Below the pieces are notes generated by a model. The model was not told the DNA's origin. It saw only the letters and a program-made list of their open reading frames with translations, and made no database searches. A stretch of 64,000 bases of DNA. Origin: Harriotta raleighana. Its lineage: Eukaryota. Both the position numbers and the translations under genes were made by a program. Within the stretch, counting starts at the first letter, position 1. The number at the start of each line of letters is the position of its first letter. Positions 37,099-50,709 of the stretch are shown here, in pieces. The DNA lies in contig JBNZDD010013712.1 of NCBI GenBank assembly GCA_050575255.1, positions 2,311,628 through 2,375,627 on the forward strand. Direction: 5' to 3'.

Positions 37099-39636
37099 GT
37101 GTAATAAGTAGAAATTTCGATCAACAGAATTTAAACAGGTCTTTACAAGAACAGTTCTTTAGGGAGCCACGACTCCTTCTGGTAAGCCAAAGCATATAAC
37201 CTTGAGTGAGGCACAAGTGCTTTGGGGATCAGATTCACACCCAAAAGTTCCAGAACTTGTAATAAAAAGTGTCATTTTACTCTGTCCAACACCAAATAAC
37301 AAAGCAAATTAGTAACCATTTGCAAACAAGGGAGAAAATCCTCAGTTCTTCCCAGCAATGCCTACCCATTTTCTTTATTACCATCACCCTTGTTGTTATC
37401 TTTACCAACCTATTATCTTAAAGTGACTGATGGGCAACCGCCAACATTCGGTTTTAAAGTCCCAGGAGAAGACTAAAATTCCCGCCTGCAGCCAAATACT
37501 GCCATTCACTGACCATTTACAACACATCCTCAGCTAGCGACTGAATCACTACAGTATTAGTGACTACCTAATGCAAGCTTTTGCCTCATCGACCTTCCAA
37601 GTCTGGTATACAAATGTAATTTTGAGTTCGTAATAAGGTTTCATTAGCACTATGCTGTACAATGGCCTCATGCCATTCCCTTTTTCAGAAATCATTGATA
37701 ATCTGTATTGTCGCTTAAAGATTTATCAAAGATGTTAAAAGGCTCCTTGTACCGAATCTTGCAAAATTGGATGAATAGTCGAAAATAATTGCAGCGTAAT
37801 CAACAAATCACACAAACATATTCTCTGCTGGAAGAGATACCAGAGCATCAGTGGTAATGTTCCCTCTTCATTTCGCTGTAATGATTTTCTGGTTTTAATT
37901 TCCATCTCCTGGAATTAACAGCCGTCCCTCTTGGATTCCCCCCAGGACTGGTTAAAAGGGTAATGGACAGTTATTGGTGAAGCCTGAAGTCTTGAGTGCT
38001 AATGTCAGTTATGGCTGGGTTCAAACTCAGGTCTTCCAGTGAGTGAAGCAGTCTATTAATACTTAACCCTTCAATTATATTAAGATTCAATTATTTTATC
38101 CCTTCAATTATATTATTTTTAAATTATGATTTTAGGGCCTTTTGAAAAAATATATTTAGCAGTTATTTGGTCACCGCTATCTTCAAATGAAAATAATGGA
38201 ACTAAATGTTACATAATAAAATTATTTAATTTGAAAAAGAGAGGTAAATTGTTTTCCCCACTTTTCCTAAAAAGCTTTGTGTATTATTTTTGGGTAAAAC
38301 TAGATGCCTTAACATCCTCTTGATATGAAAGACACTGCACCAAATGCAAGAATTATTATTTATATTGTAAATGTTATATCTACTGTGAACATAGAGGTTA
38401 ATAAGCAAGTTTTCTTTTTTGTTATATATACTAAAGCTTAGCTTCATAAATGTGGGCAATTAATATTGCTCATCCACTATCTACTATTTCACCAGTTCAC
38501 ATAAAATGTATTACATGTCCACAGATTTCAGTACATAATATCCAAATACACATATTATCACCAGTGTAACAGGAGAGTCACTGGATTTTATGTGTGGATA
38601 TTATAATTGCTGACTTAGTTCTCATAACACACTTTAAGTCTATACATTTCAGCAACATGTTTAAAATTTACAGTATATTATTAAAGGTTCTTTGAAAATG
38701 TGCTGTAACATTACACAGTGATGTACTGTACTATTATAGTCAATTATCAAGGAATGGGAGGGTGTTGTATTTCACTATAAAATATCCAAACATCCACCAA
38801 TGAATAGGAATATGTGTGTTACCACATCAATCTGAATTTATTGCCTGCCGTCCTTTTGTGTGAAGGTATTTATTTTTACTGGATTCAAATTGGTCACTTT
38901 CCATCAGCACGCATGGGAAGGGATTACAATGAAGAGGAAATACAGCAACACTTCAAAGAAGTTGGATGAGTAAACGCTCACTGCGAACATAAAGAACATT
39001 TCATAAGATTTAGTTATTCATCCCTTATATTATTTATATTCTGCACTTTCTCAAAGCATCATATACATCACCCTTTGAGTCACTGCTTGGCCTTCGAGAT
39101 TGTCAAACTACACATAACGAATGGTTTCTGGCCAATCTAGCGAACAATTTCACTGATTGCATTTTTTTAATATATTAGTTCCATAGAATGTGTAATTTAT
39201 ATTTGATTTTAAACATAATGAAGACTAGGAGGCACATATAAAACACAATTAAATGTTAAACAATAGGATGAATAGAGTAATACACAACATATTGCCAATA
39301 GAAACCGGGAGATTTATTATGAAACCATTAAGAAATCAATAATAATAATAATCCTTGCAATTTATGTAGATCCTTATCACATTTTATCACAGAATCTACT
39401 GTAAAGTGAATTGATTATTCTGTGAGTGAAATGCGGCTGCCAATTGCGAACAGCAGTGTCTGTAAACACTTGTGGATTGAGTGACCAAATGATAATAATT
39501 TTCTAAAGGGATTATTATCCCCAGAAATGTGATCCATGAAATCACCTAATACTGTAACTGGTTTCCTAACAGAGATAAACAGAGGCGTGTGGTGAAAGGA
39601 AACGTTTGCTCTGCCATGAATGTACCTTGCGATGCN

Positions 39637-39790
39637 TTTCACCCACAAATATACAGTCAATTCATTTTACAGTATATTCTGTGAAGCGCTTTGAGACGTC
39701 CTGAACCAATCTGTCCAGCGCCTTGGGACGTCCTCCTGACGTGAAACACGCTCTATAAGTGTAATTATGTTGTTGTTGTTGTTGTTGTAA
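39637..39790 (+). mobile_element. Chimeric SINE 3' body fused to an L2-type tail with (TTG)n
   Basis: cacaaatatacagtc...gcgctttgagacgtc switches to ctgaaccaatctgtccagcgccttgggacgtcctcctgacgtg. Confidence 0.75.
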
Positions 39791-40295
39791 ACTACAGGAT
39801 TCCACAACAAATAATAATCATTATGTTTATGTATTTAAAACAGTACCTAATAGATAAATGAACATAGCATCATAGGAAGTATGATGAAAACAAAAAGCTG
39901 TGGCAGTGGTGGTTCCTTACTGGAACTCTCTTTGCCCCTGCCAAACCACTTAATAGCTAATTGTAAAAAGCTCATTTAAAAAAAAACAGACCTCACAAGT
40001 GTTACCTGATCAAATGCCTCCCGAAATTCATGCGCACATTATCCACTGCATTTCCTTCATTTTTCTCATTTGGGATGAGTTTAAAATTGTTCAATTAATT
40101 AGCCAGGCATCAAAGTAAATTTCTTCGTTTTGAAAACTAAAGCAAATGGAGAATCAATGGATCTGTACTGGCTCCATGTCTGACAGTGCAGAGGTAATGC
40201 CAGGTAGTCAGAGGCAAAAGTCAAAACAGGTCAAGTGGCCCTGTTGGACAAGCATGTATGTGTGTGTGTGTGTGTGTATATATCTAATACTGTAG

Positions 40296-40598
40296 TAATA
40301 ATAATAATAATAATTCTTGCATTTGATATAGAGCTTTTCACGTCTTCTAGACGTCTCAAAGCGCTTCACAGAATATACTGTAAAATGAATTGACTGTATA
40401 TTTGTGGGTGAAACGTTGCAGTGTCCCACAAACAGTCATGGAGTGAAAATGACCAATTTTTTATAGATTTTTTTTAGAGGGATTATTATCAGGCGTGTGG
40501 AGTAAGGAAACTCGCCCAAGGTTTCATCCTGCCAGGAATCGAACCAGGTCTCGCGCTTGCAAGGTGAGTGCTCTAACCATTGAACTACAGGGCTCCAC
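40296..40598 (-). mobile_element. tRNA-derived Deu-domain SINE
   Basis: Reverse head ggagccctgtagttcaatggttagagc...ggttcgattcc; (TTA)n tail. Confidence 0.9.
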
Positions 40599-40874
40599 AT
40601 GAGGACTCAATATGTTTTTGTATCTATGTGTATTGTAAATATTAATTAATATGGAGGATTCATCACATTGGAAGAACCTCCCTATGTCTTTTCAAAATTC
40701 ATGAAATATTTCATTCTCATCTGACGTCCTGGAGATTTCACCTGAAGAAAAGCATTTCTGATAATGTAATGCTCCTCCTCAAAACTACTTTGAAGTGACT
40801 GCACCAGAAGGATTCAAATCCCACCTGATTCAATCTGCTACCAGGGACTGACCAAAACAGCCAAGATAGAAACA

Positions 40875-41215
40875 ACAATAATAATCCTTGCATTTGATAG
40901 AGCGCCTTATCACATCTTCGAGGCTTCTCACAGCGCATTACAGAATATATTGTAAAGTGTATTTTTGTGTACAAAATGCGGTAGCCAATTGGTCACAGCA
41001 GTGTCTGCGTTTTTTTTTAAAAGGAATTATTACCCCGGAAAAGCAGAAAGTAGGAACTTTCACCAATCGACAAATAATCAGGTTCCTACTTTCTGCTAAG
41101 TAAACAGTGGCAGGCGGAATAAGAATACTTGCCCAACATTTTGCCCTGATGGGAACTGAACCCAGGTCTCTCGCTTGTGAGATGAGTGCTCTAACGATTG
41201 AGCGACAGGATTCCA
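40875..41215 (-). mobile_element. Deu-domain SINE, long form
   Basis: Head, gtttacttagcagaaagtaggaacc insert, Deu core and tail. Confidence 0.8.
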
Positions 41216-42486
41216 AGCAAGATGGTGCTATTGTAATAAAAAATAATAATCATTGTGTTTGATACAGTGCCTTAATCCTTTTCCCCCCAAGATTCTTTTT
41301 GATCGTGCCTTCAGCCATCCTCCCACCTCTCTCCCTCCCCTCCACCCTGCCCCACCCCCATGCTCGGGTTCCAGCCCCTGACTGTTCAGCGCCTTGGACA
41401 TCCTCCCGACGTTGAAAGGCACTATAGAAATTTAATGTAATGTTGTTGTTGTTAATGCTGTGCGCAATTGGCTGCTGCGTTTGGCCAACAAAATACATGT
41501 ACATAGTCAGTTCACTTTACAGAACATTTTGTGAAATGCTTTGAGGTGTCTCGAAGGGATGATAAGTCGTTATATCAAATGCAAGGACTATTGCTTTGGT
41601 ATCTGTAGGATTGTTGGTTAGCACACAGTGAGAAACTCCCTTCTCTTGTCAAATGCAGTAGTGGGATCTTTAATGACAGGATGAACAGGCAGATGGGATT
41701 GTATGTAACCAAACGATTATCTGAACGAAAAGAGCAATATTGATTCTACCCATCTCCAGCTTTACACATTGAGCTGGGTTGGTCATCTCTAGCAAATACA
41801 CAAATTTGCTTATGTTGCATGGTTTCTACACTGTTCTTCAGAACAATGAATTTCTGCGCAGTCGCGCCAGTTTGAATAAATCCTTTTGTTCTTACAAATG
41901 ACTATAAAGATACTTCAGAAGCAAGCTGCGATGTTCTTCCAGACAAGTCAAAAGGCTCACAAAACCTCTCATGTGGCACTAGCCTTAAATAAACCTATAT
42001 TAAAATGAATTAGAGTAGTTTATTTATTCTCGATGGTGAAGTAGTTGAGATTTTAAAACAACAATCTTCGATTGACACAAAAGCAATGAGATTTCAGCAG
42101 TTCATCAGTAGAGAACATGCACTAATGAATTGCTGCTAATTTACACTTAAATTTTTATAATTACCATTATTTTAAATTATGTTAATTACACTTTTAAAAT
42201 TACCACAAAACTAACCTCAGGAGAGAGAGATAGAGACCATAAGAAAAATCCCAGTGCTGAGCTAGAATGATAAGCCTCTTTCATATTTCACTGACCACTT
42301 TTTGGTTAATCTCATTTGATGTGAAATAAAAATCTGCCTTTTTAGTAAACAAGAACATCTCAAACATTATTACCCAGCAGCAGCAGGTTACAATCCAGAA
42401 ATTCAATGCGTTTGGCTGAATGCTATGGATTTCCCCATTACAAACGGAATTGGGGGTGAGGCAGTGGTCTACAATATGTAGATACT

Positions 42487-43180
42487 GAGTTCTGTAGCAT
42501 ATTGGTTAGTGCGCTCGTCTCACAAGCGAGAAGACCTAGGTTTGATTCCTGAGCAGGCGAAACCTTAGGCAAATTTTCTTACCTCTACAGTAAAATCTCG
42601 ATAATCCGACGTTCAACAGTTCAACAACTCCCTAAAACCAGCAAGATTTGAAAACACACACAGTATTCAATTTTTTCCGATGTCTGGCAAATCTCCCAAA
42701 GTTTGGAACAACTGCTTGTAGATCCTGGCGCGGCCACTCTGGCATCCAGCGCTGTGGTTGGAGCTCGGCCATTGTTTGGCTTCAGTGCTGTGTTCACAGT
42801 ACACGTGGGGTATGGGGCCGGGCTTCCCCAGCCATTTCTAGGTACGTTTCCAAATCCTGGCAAACTCCGAAATCCGGGAAGTGAGTGGGCCCAACCAGGC
42901 CGGATTACCATGGTTTTACTGTATTTAGCTAACAGTAATTAGGGATCTGGTTGACAGGTGACTAGCAGATCACATTATGAGAGTAATAATCCATTCCAAA
43001 AATATATATTAAATTGCTCATTCAATCCAAGACAATGGGGTTGGACACTGCTCTTTGCAATTGGTTACCATATTTCAGCCACAAAATGTACCGTCAATTC
43101 ACTTGACATTATATTCTGTGAAGTAATTTTCAACGACTTGTAAAGGTGTTATATCAATTACAAGGAATACTATTATTATA
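42487..43180 (+). mobile_element. Long-form Deu-domain SINE interrupted by a MITE
   Basis: Head at 42487-42585; body resumes at 42924 (tagctaacagtaattaggga...ggacactgctctttgcaattgg...tail). Confidence 0.75.
42588..42921. mobile_element. Tigger/pogo-like MITE (334 bp) with TA target-site duplication
   Basis: TA|CAGTAAAATCTCGATAATCCG ... CGGATTACCATGGTTTTACTG|TA: imperfect terminal inverted repeats of about 21 bp. Confidence 0.88.
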
Positions 43181-44185
43181 CACATTTGAAGCCCTAAGAG
43201 ACAACCTCCCAAGGTGAAACGCTCTATAAGTGAATTGTATGGTGTATCCCCATTCATTCAATGAGTGAAATATTAAGCGAATCAATAAATCGTCCCTAAA
43301 ACCATCTCCCCTCCTACTGAATCAGGTTAACATTCCAAATTCAGCACATACAGCAGACTCTTCTAAAACTCAGTGTCTGAAAGATAAAGTTGATTTAACG
43401 ACAATTTCACTGCTCCATAATAGCTTTGGGGAGTTTAATACAACAACAAAATTACACTTGTATAGCGCCTGATAATATAAGGCACTGATAATAATAAGAG
43501 GAAGAGACAGCACAGACACGATGGGCTGAATATGGCCGTCAGTGTTGTATAATTATATGATTCTAAGATTCTAAAAATAATCCTTTCAATTGATATTAGA
43601 CCTTATCACGTCTTAACACCACACTGGAAATGATGGTAAAAGCTAATTATCCCTCTGCTAGGAAAACTCATCAATTTGCAATGGGAAAATACATTTTAAT
43701 AAAATTAAAACTACACTAATCATGTTCATGGACAGTACCAGACTAAAGTGAACTTTATTCACCAAATCAGAAATCTCTAACCATGTTTAACTTCACATTA
43801 TAGTAGTAAATAGAAAATGATAGCTTCTTACATAATTACATAAATATTCTAAATTGCGATAATACATCCAATTTATATTCATTACAATATTGCAACAATA
43901 ATAATTTATACAAGGCTAAAAACAACAGTGTTTTGTGTTGGGACCATATGCTGTATGAGGAAGATCATTTTAAAATCTATTCAGAGAAAATTACTCAGAA
44001 ACACTCTTGCAAAACAACAACCTGCATTTATATAGCGCCCACCACACCGGGCGGCGTCTCAGAGTGCTTGAAAGCAGACCAATAGGTGATTGTTACAAAT
44101 AAACCCACACAATGTTCGTTAGTGAAGACTGTTAAGTCGCTAGCTAGACATTTTGAACATGGCAATAACGGGGACAACCCACCCG

Positions 44186-44367
44186 TACCCTTGTAACCAG
44201 TCATAATTGCAACAGCAACAACAACAAAATTACATTTATAGAGCATCTTTCACATCGGAGGACGTCCCAAGACACTACCCTTGTAACCAGTCATAATTGC
44301 AACAGCAACAACAACAAAATTACATTTATAGAGCATCTTTCACATCGGAGGACGTCCCAAGACACTA
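44186..44367. repeat. Perfect 90-bp tandem duplication containing an inverted L2 tail
   Basis: tacccttgtaaccag...cccaagacac starts at 44186 and again at 44276. Confidence 0.95.
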
Positions 44368-44451
44368 TCAAAGGGAGAATCTCCACTGAACTCCCCTTTC
44401 CCCTAACTACCTTAGCTGGGGTGTACACATGACTTTTAAGAGAAATAATCA

Positions 44452-44690
44452 AAATAATAATCCTTGCATTTTATAAAGCGCCTTAACATGTCATCGAGTC
44501 GGTTCAAAGTGCTTCACAGGATATACTGTAAAGTGAAACGACTGTGTAATTTGTGGGTGAGACATGGCAGGTAGTTGCATAGAACAATGTCCCAAAACAG
44601 CTATAGAGTGAGTGATCAATTTTATTTGGGGTGGCCAGGACACTGGGAGAAACTGCCTTCCCTTTTCAAATTGCGCCATGGAATCTATTA
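44452..44690 (-). mobile_element. DeuSINE 3' part (older type)
   Basis: Reverse tail and Deu core plus ggccaggacactgggagaaactgcc. Confidence 0.7.
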
Positions 44691-44693
44691 TGT

Positions 44694-45013
44694 GGAGCTC
44701 CTGTGGCTCAGTGGTTAGAGCACTCGCCTTATAAGCGTGACACCTGTGTTCGAATCTAGGCAGATCAGGGCGAAACCTTGGGAAAGTTTCCTTACTCCAC
44801 ACGCCTAATAATAATCCCTCCAAAAAAGAACACAATAATAAAATTGGTCATTCAATCCATGACTGTTTGTGGGGCACCGCTGTGTGCAATTGGCTACCAC
44901 GTTTCGCCCACAAAGCTACAGTCAATTCACTTTACAGAAAATTCTGTGAAGCGCTTTGAGATGTCGATAAGATGTGAAAAGCGCTATATCAAATGCAAGG
45001 ATTATTATTATTA
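44694..45013 (+). mobile_element. tRNA-derived Deu-domain SINE, well preserved
   Basis: ggagctcctgtggctcagtggttagagc head, gttcgaatct B box, Deu core and (TTA)n tail. Confidence 0.92.
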
Positions 45014-46224
45014 ATATCCACCAGAACAGATAGACAGGACCTCAGTTTAACCAAATGCAAAAGGGGAATCAAGACCAATAAACAAAGTATATATTCCAAC
45101 ATGTTGCTCTTGAACATCATTGTCATTTCAACATTGCCCCAAAAGTCATATTGGGGTCAAAGAAGGCATTCTGGGATGACATCCAGTCAGTTGATCTGAG
45201 AGATCACATGTTGATCCCTGTATACTACAGTTGGGCACCTAAATGCCAAGCCTTCAGTCACTAGGCCCTTAAATTCTGGAACTCAATGCCTTAATCTTGC
45301 CACCTCCCTACTTGTCTTCCCATTCTACCTAAAACCTACCTCTTTTACTCTGCTTACATCACCTCTCCCGAACAACCCTTCTCTCTTGCTCATTGTCAAG
45401 CACCTTGTGAAGCGCTCGGAGACATTTTTCTATGTGAAGGACACTATAAGAATGCAAGTTGTTGCTGACTAAATGAAGTTCTGAAATGTTAATTCCATTC
45501 AATTACACAAAGAAGTTACAACCAAATTCAAAAATGGTTAGATTCCAGAAAATCCAATTTATTAAGTTGCTCGATTTATAGCTCTTCAATAAAATTAGCA
45601 TTGGACAGAAATCTTGTCAAACATCTAACGTCATATCCTAATTTATTCATGGCAATTATTTCTGAAGGTACAAGAACAGCAAGTAGGTTCTTTGCCAAAG
45701 CTGCCATAGGGAAATTAATTTCAACTAATGCTTCTCATATTGGATATGGAAAAAAATTAACACATTGCATTTTATCGCTGTAGAATAAATGTAGAAAGCC
45801 AGGCTTTGTTTTCAATGCCATGCTCACACTTTTTGCTTGATGCAGACGATTCCCAGGAGCTGAACTGGTTCTTAGGAGACACAGCAAGTGTTGTAGGTTA
45901 ACATTAAAAGAACACTTATTGGCTGACCAATCTGTCAGGGTTATCCATCAGACTTCCCAAGGCACTTGGAAGCATAAAAGTCCTCAACTCTGCAAGCCAG
46001 AGTGCCAATTGGATAAATCTCACTTCTGCACACACATACCTTTTTATTAACAACAAAATATTAAACCTGAAAAGACAATGTGCTTCATCATAGGAAATGA
46101 ATTGCTTGTACACAAGTTGTGATTAGAAGGAATAAGGTATGTATTTAAAATGCTCTATATCTGAGCTTGGAACGAAACAATGAGACAGCTGAAGCACAGC
46201 GTGGCATCATTGCAGGAGCCCCAA

Positions 46225-47030
46225 CTCCATCTGACTGAGGCGCTCCTGATTGGCTCGCGTCAGCGCCTCCGCACCTCAGGCACTGGCAGCATCAGCATCC
46301 AAGGCTGCGCCCTCCACCTTTCAAAGCCAGTCAGGAACCTGGGTGTCTTGTTTGACCTTGAACTGTCCTTCCTCTCCCACATCCGTGCCATGACCAAGCA
46401 CCACCTTCCACCACCTCCAGACTCTGCCACTGCCTCACCCCTCAGGCTGCCAAAACGCGAGTTCCACGCATTCGTCACATCAAGACTCAGCTATGGAAAC
46501 TCCCTCATCGTCAGCCTTTCCGGCTCTTCCTTTCACAAGCTGCAGATCATCCAGAACTCTGCAGCTCGTGTAGAAAAGCTCAAAGCTCCGTGATATCACT
46601 CCCACCCTCGCCCAGCTCCATTAGCTCCCCATAACCTAGCGAATCAAATTCTACATCCTCGTCCTCACTTTCAAGACCATTCACAGCCTTGCCCACTCCT
46701 ATCTCTCCGACCTGATGACTCCCTATCAACCTGCCGGCCCCCTCCATTCAGTGGGCTCCGGTCTACTCCATGTCCCCCACACGATCCGCCCTACCATCGG
46801 TGGCCGGGCTTTCAGCCTCTCTGCCCCCACAGTCCCTTCGTCCTTTGCCACCTTCAAGGCCAGTCTCAAGACCCTCCTCTTCGATTGTGCATTCTGCCGC
46901 CTTCCCAACTCTGTTTCTCCCCTCCCAGCCCAACCTGCCTCTCCCACTTGCTCGGTTCCCGACCACTGACTGTTCAGCACCTTGGGACATCCTCCTGACG
47001 TGAAAGGCACTCTGTAATATTGTTGTTGTT
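46225..47030 (+). mobile_element. L2 RT 3' fragment (~800 bp)
   Basis: TEALLIG...VRNLGVLFDLELSFLSHI...HAFVTSRLSYGNSL...KLQIIQNSAAR, then TIGGRAFSLSAP and the L2 tail. Confidence 0.93.
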
Positions 47031-48464
47031 AACCTGGCACTGCATGCCGTGAATACTAGAGGCCAAGAAAAACACATCCGCAATGTTACTATCCACTTGT
47101 TTATAAACAAACTCAATATTCAAATCAAGACTTTGGATATAAAAAAATGTTGTTAAACCTCATGCGACCAGCTAGACAATAACTTTAATACATGCAATGC
47201 CAATTACAGCATCTGTTGGAAACCAAGAGGTTATTTCATCTAAATTTGCATCAGAACCATCTGTCCAGTGTTAAAAAAAACCCTGCATCTTCAATACTAT
47301 ATGGACTACTATATATATTTTATGATTCCATTCACAATACTCCATAGATGCATCACGTTAATTATATTTCCATAAAAACATGTATATGTAGCAAGTTATA
47401 AATCTGAAGAGCAGGAAAACCTCAAATTTGAAGCCAGAATACATGCCAGCTCTACAGCTACAATGATGAGATTACAGACTACGCACCTTCTGAATTGCAA
47501 TTTAAATTTGTTTCTGCTGCTCGTCAACAGCATATTAACAGTCTTTGAATATTTATAATGTCTGTGCTTTTGCCCTTTTAATCCTGGTACTCCAAGGCAT
47601 TTCTTAAGATGGATGCCGCTTCCCTTACCCGCCCACTGATTCATCTGTTTTACTACTTAAACATTCTAGCCCGAGTCCCAAATTCAAAACTTCCGGTCCC
47701 TGGACAGCACTGAGGACATTTTGTCAGCGAAGCCTCAAGCCGGCCTCTTGATATACAGAAAATGGTAAAGGAGGTGGCAGCTATTTAATAAATGAAATGT
47801 GCTGCGGGTGCAAACAAACGCAATGTTGAAACCAAAGATCAAAATTTTTCATTGCAACAGCAAAGCGAGGAATTGCAATACACCATCAGAAATTGAATCT
47901 CCAGCAATTGAGTTATTTTGAAACAAAAATACTCATAATCAAAATACTGTATATTAAAATGTCAGACTTCATATTCTACCTGCATTCATAATAGAGCAGT
48001 GATTTAAAAAAGGCTTCTCTTGGTCAACAGTCCCGTTTGCATTTTAATAGGATTACATCACAGCCAGCAATTAATTTTACAGCGTGCTGTTGAAGGAGAC
48101 AATCAAGAATTGAATGCTGTGAGAAATGACATTTTCCATTTCTTCTGTTTTGATCAATGTGCAGAGCACCAGATAAATATTAAGAGGTACTGGCCTTGGG
48201 TAAGACTCTATACATAAGCTTTAAGGAAACATATTGTCCAATAACAGTTAGGTGAAAACCAATATGATTATTGATTAAATAGGAGTCTGCATTCATTCAT
48301 CCATCTCTTCTTGCCTTGAATCCAACAATATTTTAGATAAAACAAAGAATTACTCAGCCTTTCAGCCTTGGAGGGGAGGGGAGGGGAGGAGGGAAAAGGA
48401 GCTCTCGCCATCTGGGAGACACTTTTTCCCAGCGAATAATGATGCCAACCTGCAAACTCCCTAC

Positions 48465-48940
48465 TAACCTGCCCGCTCCCTCCATTCAGTGAGCTCCGGG
48501 TTGGCTCCATGTTTCCCGCCCAACCCACCCTACCATCAGTGGTCAAGCTTTCAGCCTCTCTGCCCCCACACTCTGGAATCCCATCCCATCCCACAGTACC
48601 TTTGCCTCACTTTCTCCCTTGCCTCCTTCAAGGCCAGTCTCAAGACCCTACTTTTCGATCGTGCCTTCTGCCACCCTCCCATCTCTCTTTGTTCTGTACA
48701 AATGTAATTTTGTTTTGTATTGTATTGTAATGATTCACATTTCTGCAACACCTTTCACGTCTTGAGACCCGTGAGCCATGGAGGGTGAGGAAATGAAAGA
48801 TGATCAAAAGCATGGTCAAAGAGGTATGTTTTGAGACAGATCTTGAATAAAGGGTAGGGAGGAAGGGAGTCAGAGAGACTCTGGGATGGAGTTTCAGAAA
48901 TTGAGGACATTTTGGCTGAATGCTGCTCAACAATGGTGGA
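48465..48940. mobile_element. Two tail-to-tail L2 3' fragments (+ 48465-48720; - 48740-48940)
   Basis: SLASFKASLKTLLFDRAF on +; FKICLKTYLFDHAF on -. Confidence 0.8.
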
Positions 48941-49140
48941 ATAGAAAGATAACTCACATTCACACGCACTCAAACAGATTCTCACTCAATTGCACACACA
49001 CTCACATATGCATGCATTTACATGCACCCTCTTGTGCACACAGTCACATACACCCTCACACACTCATACATTCACTCACTCACATATACTCACACATACA
49101 TATGCTCTCTTGCACAGTCACTCACTCACTCATGGGACAT

Positions 49141-49480
49141 ATCAATCAATCCAAATTTTATTTATATAGCGCCTTTCACGTCGGGAGGACGTCCCAAGGC
49201 GCTGTACAGTCAAGTAGGGAGGGAGGGGTCGGGAGAAGGAAAGTAGGAAAAATTGACTGTATATTTGTGGGCGAAACTCGGCAGCCAAATTGCGCACAGC
49301 AGTGTCCCACAAACAGTCATGGAAGTGAAGGGGCCAGGGATGAAAGGGGGAAAGAGGGTAAGGGGAGGGGTCGGGGTAGGGGGAAGAGAGCAGGATAAGT
49401 GAAAGGTGTGGACAGGNATGAAAGGGGGAAAGAGGGTAAGGGGAGGGGTCGGGGTAGGGGTAGGGGGAAGAGAGCAGGAT
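49141..49480 (-). mobile_element. Same headless Deu-domain/L2-tail family, 5'-truncated
   Basis: ORF 48886..49398 ends in GETRQPNCAQQCPTNSHGSEGARDERGKEGKGRG, nearly identical to ORF 310..687; (TTGA)n tail. Confidence 0.85.
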
Positions 49481-50477
49481 AAGTGAAAGGTGTGGACAGA
49501 TCAGTTGGGTTGCAGCAGGAAACCTAATTAAAGTTAAAAAATATATCTAGAATCAAGTACAGGCCAGATCATGGGCAACTACAATTGAAATGTGCAACAT
49601 GCACTGAGATTGAATCATCTGAGGTTTGATCCTATTTCTGCGCTAATTTAACTGATCACAAACACGTTATCACTGCAATTGGCGTACACAACCCAGGTCA
49701 GCACTTTTGGGAGAAAGGAGAAGGGGGAAAATATCGGAAGGAATAAAAACGAACATTTTATTTGATTTTCAGCCCAAGAAGCTCCGAATTCTCATTAATT
49801 ATTAATGTCACCAGCTGGTAATGACATCTGTGCTCTTCTCACTGCAGTTTTACACTTATTCACAAAGCACAAACCACCACCACCAAAATAAAGCAAAATC
49901 TAACTTGATATGCATCTCTATTGCGCCCCTCATACTGGGTAGCGTTCCAGAACACTTAAACGAGCTGAAACGCATTTAAACTCCCAGAGAAACTGCATCT
50001 TATGATGGTCTAATTCAGCACAGGCTGTGCCCTACAAATCTTGGGTATCTTGTACATCACATCACCACACCCACTAAACAACCAATATATATATACACGT
50101 ATTCATTGACTCTCTTATTTGTAGAATGAAATCATCAAAAAGTGTTCGGAAACAGAAGCACCTGCGTGAATACACATTGGAGCATTCCCATTAGGGGTTA
50201 TCTGTTCCAGTGGCTAATTGCTGAAAGATGCAAAATACAGATTAGAAAAACACAAGTGCAGAGACTGTATTTAGTGATACTTGGGATTTGCATGGAAATC
50301 AATCCTTAATGTTTGACAATGCACACAAAGCACTTGCTCAGTAAGCCACACAGCTATTGACTTTCAGGAGATTATAAATTATGTTTAATGATGAATGTTG
50401 ATATAACCCAATTTAACAAAATTGGAGACATCTATATTAACAAGAATTTTCAAAAATTATCTGAACTATCAACTAAA

Positions 50478-50660
50478 ATATAATAAGAATCCTTGCATTT
50501 GATATAGCGGTTTTTGATGTCTTCTAGACATCTCAAAGCGCTTCACAGAATGTACTGTAAAGTGAATTGACTGTATATTTGTGAGCGAAACATGGCAGCC
50601 AATTGCACAAGGCAGTGTCCCACAAACAGTTGTGGATTGAAATGACTAGTCGTGGATTGA
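50478..50660 (-). mobile_element. Deu-domain SINE 3' half
   Basis: Reverse tail and Deu core. Confidence 0.85.
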
Positions 50661-50709
50661 AAATTTGGCACAACAAACCAGACCAACAGAAATGAGAAGA
50701 AATAATGGC

